From Treponema sp. (lineage in GTDB: Bacteria > Spirochaetota > Spirochaetia > Treponematales > Breznakiellaceae): a stretch of DNA of 64,000 bases. Numbering within the stretch: position 1 is the first letter of the stretch; the number at the start of each line of letters is the position of its first letter. The notes under the pieces were generated by a model. The model was not told where the DNA came from. It ran no database searches and saw only the letters and a list, made by a program, of their open reading frames with translations. This document shows, piece after piece, positions 62,807 to 64,000 of this stretch. The stretch lies in NCBI GenBank assembly GCA_031276295.1, contig JAISNI010000215.1:2285-66284 (forward strand), in the 5' to 3' direction. Position numbers and translations under genes: made by a program.

Positions 62807-63787
62807 ATGCCAATCGAGTTGACGGTCCAGGCCGACGACGCGGGCCGCAGGCTGGACCGTATTTTACGCAAAGCCCTGCCTGATATGCGCCTCTCGCTCC
62901 TGCACCGGCTTTTACGTCAGAATAAAGTATCCGTGGACGGCAAACACGCGGCGGCCGGCTTCCGCGTCCGGGCCGGGCAGCGCATAAGCATAGCAGGAAT
63001 AACCGGGGACAGGCGTGAAGGCCCGCGCCTCCCCCCTGCTTCGGAGGCCCGCCGGCCTGTCCCCCCGGCTTCCGCATCGGGCCTGGACATCATCCAGGAA
63101 GGATGTGGCCTGCTCGTCCTCAATAAGCCTGTGGGCCTGGCGGTACACGGAAGGAACAGCCTCGATTCCCGTGTGCAGGATTATCTCACCGGCCGGCTTC
63201 GTCCGTCCCTATCCTTTAGGCCCGGCCCCCTCCACCGGCTGGATACGGGGACAAGCGGTATCATCGTCTTTTCAACAAGCCTTGAAGGGGCGCGTTGCTT
63301 CAGCGCCCTTATCCGTGAGGGAAAGGTCAGGAAGCGCTACCTCGCCCTGGTGGACGGCCTTATCGGAGGGCCGGAACTCTGGGAAGACTCGCTTGTTCGG
63401 GACAGGGACGGACGGAAGACTCTGGTAGCGGCGTCGCTCGCGGCGGAAGAGGCGGGCGGCGCAAAAAAGGCGCGGACGGCGGTAAGGCCCCTGGCTGTTT
63501 CGGAAACGGGGTATACGCTCATCCTTGCCGAAATAGAAACGGGCAGGACCCACCAGATACGCTCCCAGGCTGCCTCCCGCGGCCACCCGCTTGCGGGCGA
63601 TCTTAAATACGGCGGCAGCTTTCAGGCAGGCGGCTTCTTCCTCCATGCCTTTTCCCTGGATACGGATGGAAATTCCCCCGAGATGCCGCTGTCCGTTACC
63701 GCGGCTCCGCCTGAGCGTTTCCTTAAAAAGATAGCGGAAATATTTGACGATGAGTGTTATTTTAATTTTTTTCATGGTATACTATAG
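62807..63787 (+). CDS. RluA-family pseudouridine synthase with N-terminal S4 domain
   Basis: Motifs: RLDRILRKAL (S4), HRLDTGTSGIIVFS, KRYLALVDG, and GRTHQIRSQAA. Confidence 0.9.
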   Translation: MPIELTVQADDAGRRLDRILRKALPDMRLSLLHRLLRQNKVSVDGKHAAAGFRVRAGQRISIAGITGDRREGPRLPPASEARRPVPPASASGLDIIQEGCGLLVLNKPVGLAVHGRNSLDSRVQDYLTGRLRPSLSFRPGPLHRLDTGTSGIIVFSTSLEGARCFSALIREGKVRKRYLALVDGLIGGPELWEDSLVRDRDGRKTLVAASLAAEEAGGAKKARTAVRPLAVSETGYTLILAEIETGRTHQIRSQAASRGHPLAGDLKYGGSFQAGGFFLHAFSLDTDGNSPEMPLSVTAAPPERFLKKIAEIFDDECYFNFFHGIL

Positions 63788-63790
63788 TTG

Positions 63791-64000
63791 ATGTTTCTGG
63801 ATTTCTTTTTACCTTCGCGGAGAAAAAGAGTATATGCCCTCGTCGGAGAAAGCGGTACCGGAAAGAGCTTCCGTTCTAAGCTTGTGGCGCAGAAATACGG
63901 CCTTGAGTATATCATTGACGACGGGCTCTTGATCAAGGATAACCGTATCATTGCGGGACATTCCGCCAAAAAAGAAAAGACCTTCATGGCCGCGGTAAAG
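63791..64000 (+). CDS. P-loop NTPase, N-terminal 70 codons (continues beyond window end)
   Basis: From the ATG at 63791, my own translation reads MFLDFFLPSRRKRVYALVGESGTGKSFRSKLVAQKYGLEYIIDDGLLIKDNRIIAGHSAKKEKTFMAAVK. It contains a Walker A motif, GESGTGKS. Confidence 0.55.
   Translation, partial: MFLDFFLPSRRKRVYALVGESGTGKSFRSKLVAQKYGLEYIIDDGLLIKDNRIIAGHSAKKEKTFMAAVK

Noticed and set aside
1-64000. A search for a prophage, an IS/transposase, an integrase, toxin-antitoxin pairs or known defence-system genes.
   Set aside because: None of the translated ORFs showed integrase, transposase (other than the Rpn-like nuclease), restriction, Cas, or abortive-infection-type motifs that I could recognise.

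Overview
The window looks like a chromosomal segment from a spirochete, probably Treponema-like. This is inferred from the gene order flbB-fliK(tap1)-flgD-flgE-flbD-motA-motB-fliL-fliM-fliY-fliO-fliP-fliQ-fliR-flhB-flhA-flhF-flhG-orf-fliA-fapA and from FlgE carrying Lys165/Cys178. About 22 kb (15.6-38.1 kb) is one plus-strand flagellar/motility supercluster. The flanks are mostly housekeeping and envelope genes: mfd (partial), a REC-like/PilZ protein, tatD, a dksA-like gene, a class III cyclase, fabH-fabD, a mannitol-dehydrogenase-family gene, an MCP, GH57, an aldo/keto reductase, tilS-ftsH, an HtrA-like protease, predicted outer-membrane/lipoproteins, tRNA-Phe and an RluA-family synthase. Three things are not explained by ordinary annotation. 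(1) A family of non-coding, CTAG-bounded repeats built from small perfect hairpins (38-161 bp). There are at least 7 copies, all intergenic, two of them inside the flagellar supercluster, and their terminal TAG serves as the stop codon of five flanking genes. (2) A six-gene, translationally coupled cluster (42785-48500). It comprises an unknown 537-aa polytopic membrane protein plus divergent RnfC/D/(G)/E/A-like proteins, with no RnfB and with the canonical flavin/NADH motifs not visible by eye. (3) A cyclase gene whose protein-like reading passes through several frames, which indicates either a pseudogene or sequence errors. No CRISPR array, rRNA, transposase or integrase was seen. All protein calls rest on motifs I recognised by eye in the supplied translations; no database search was possible.
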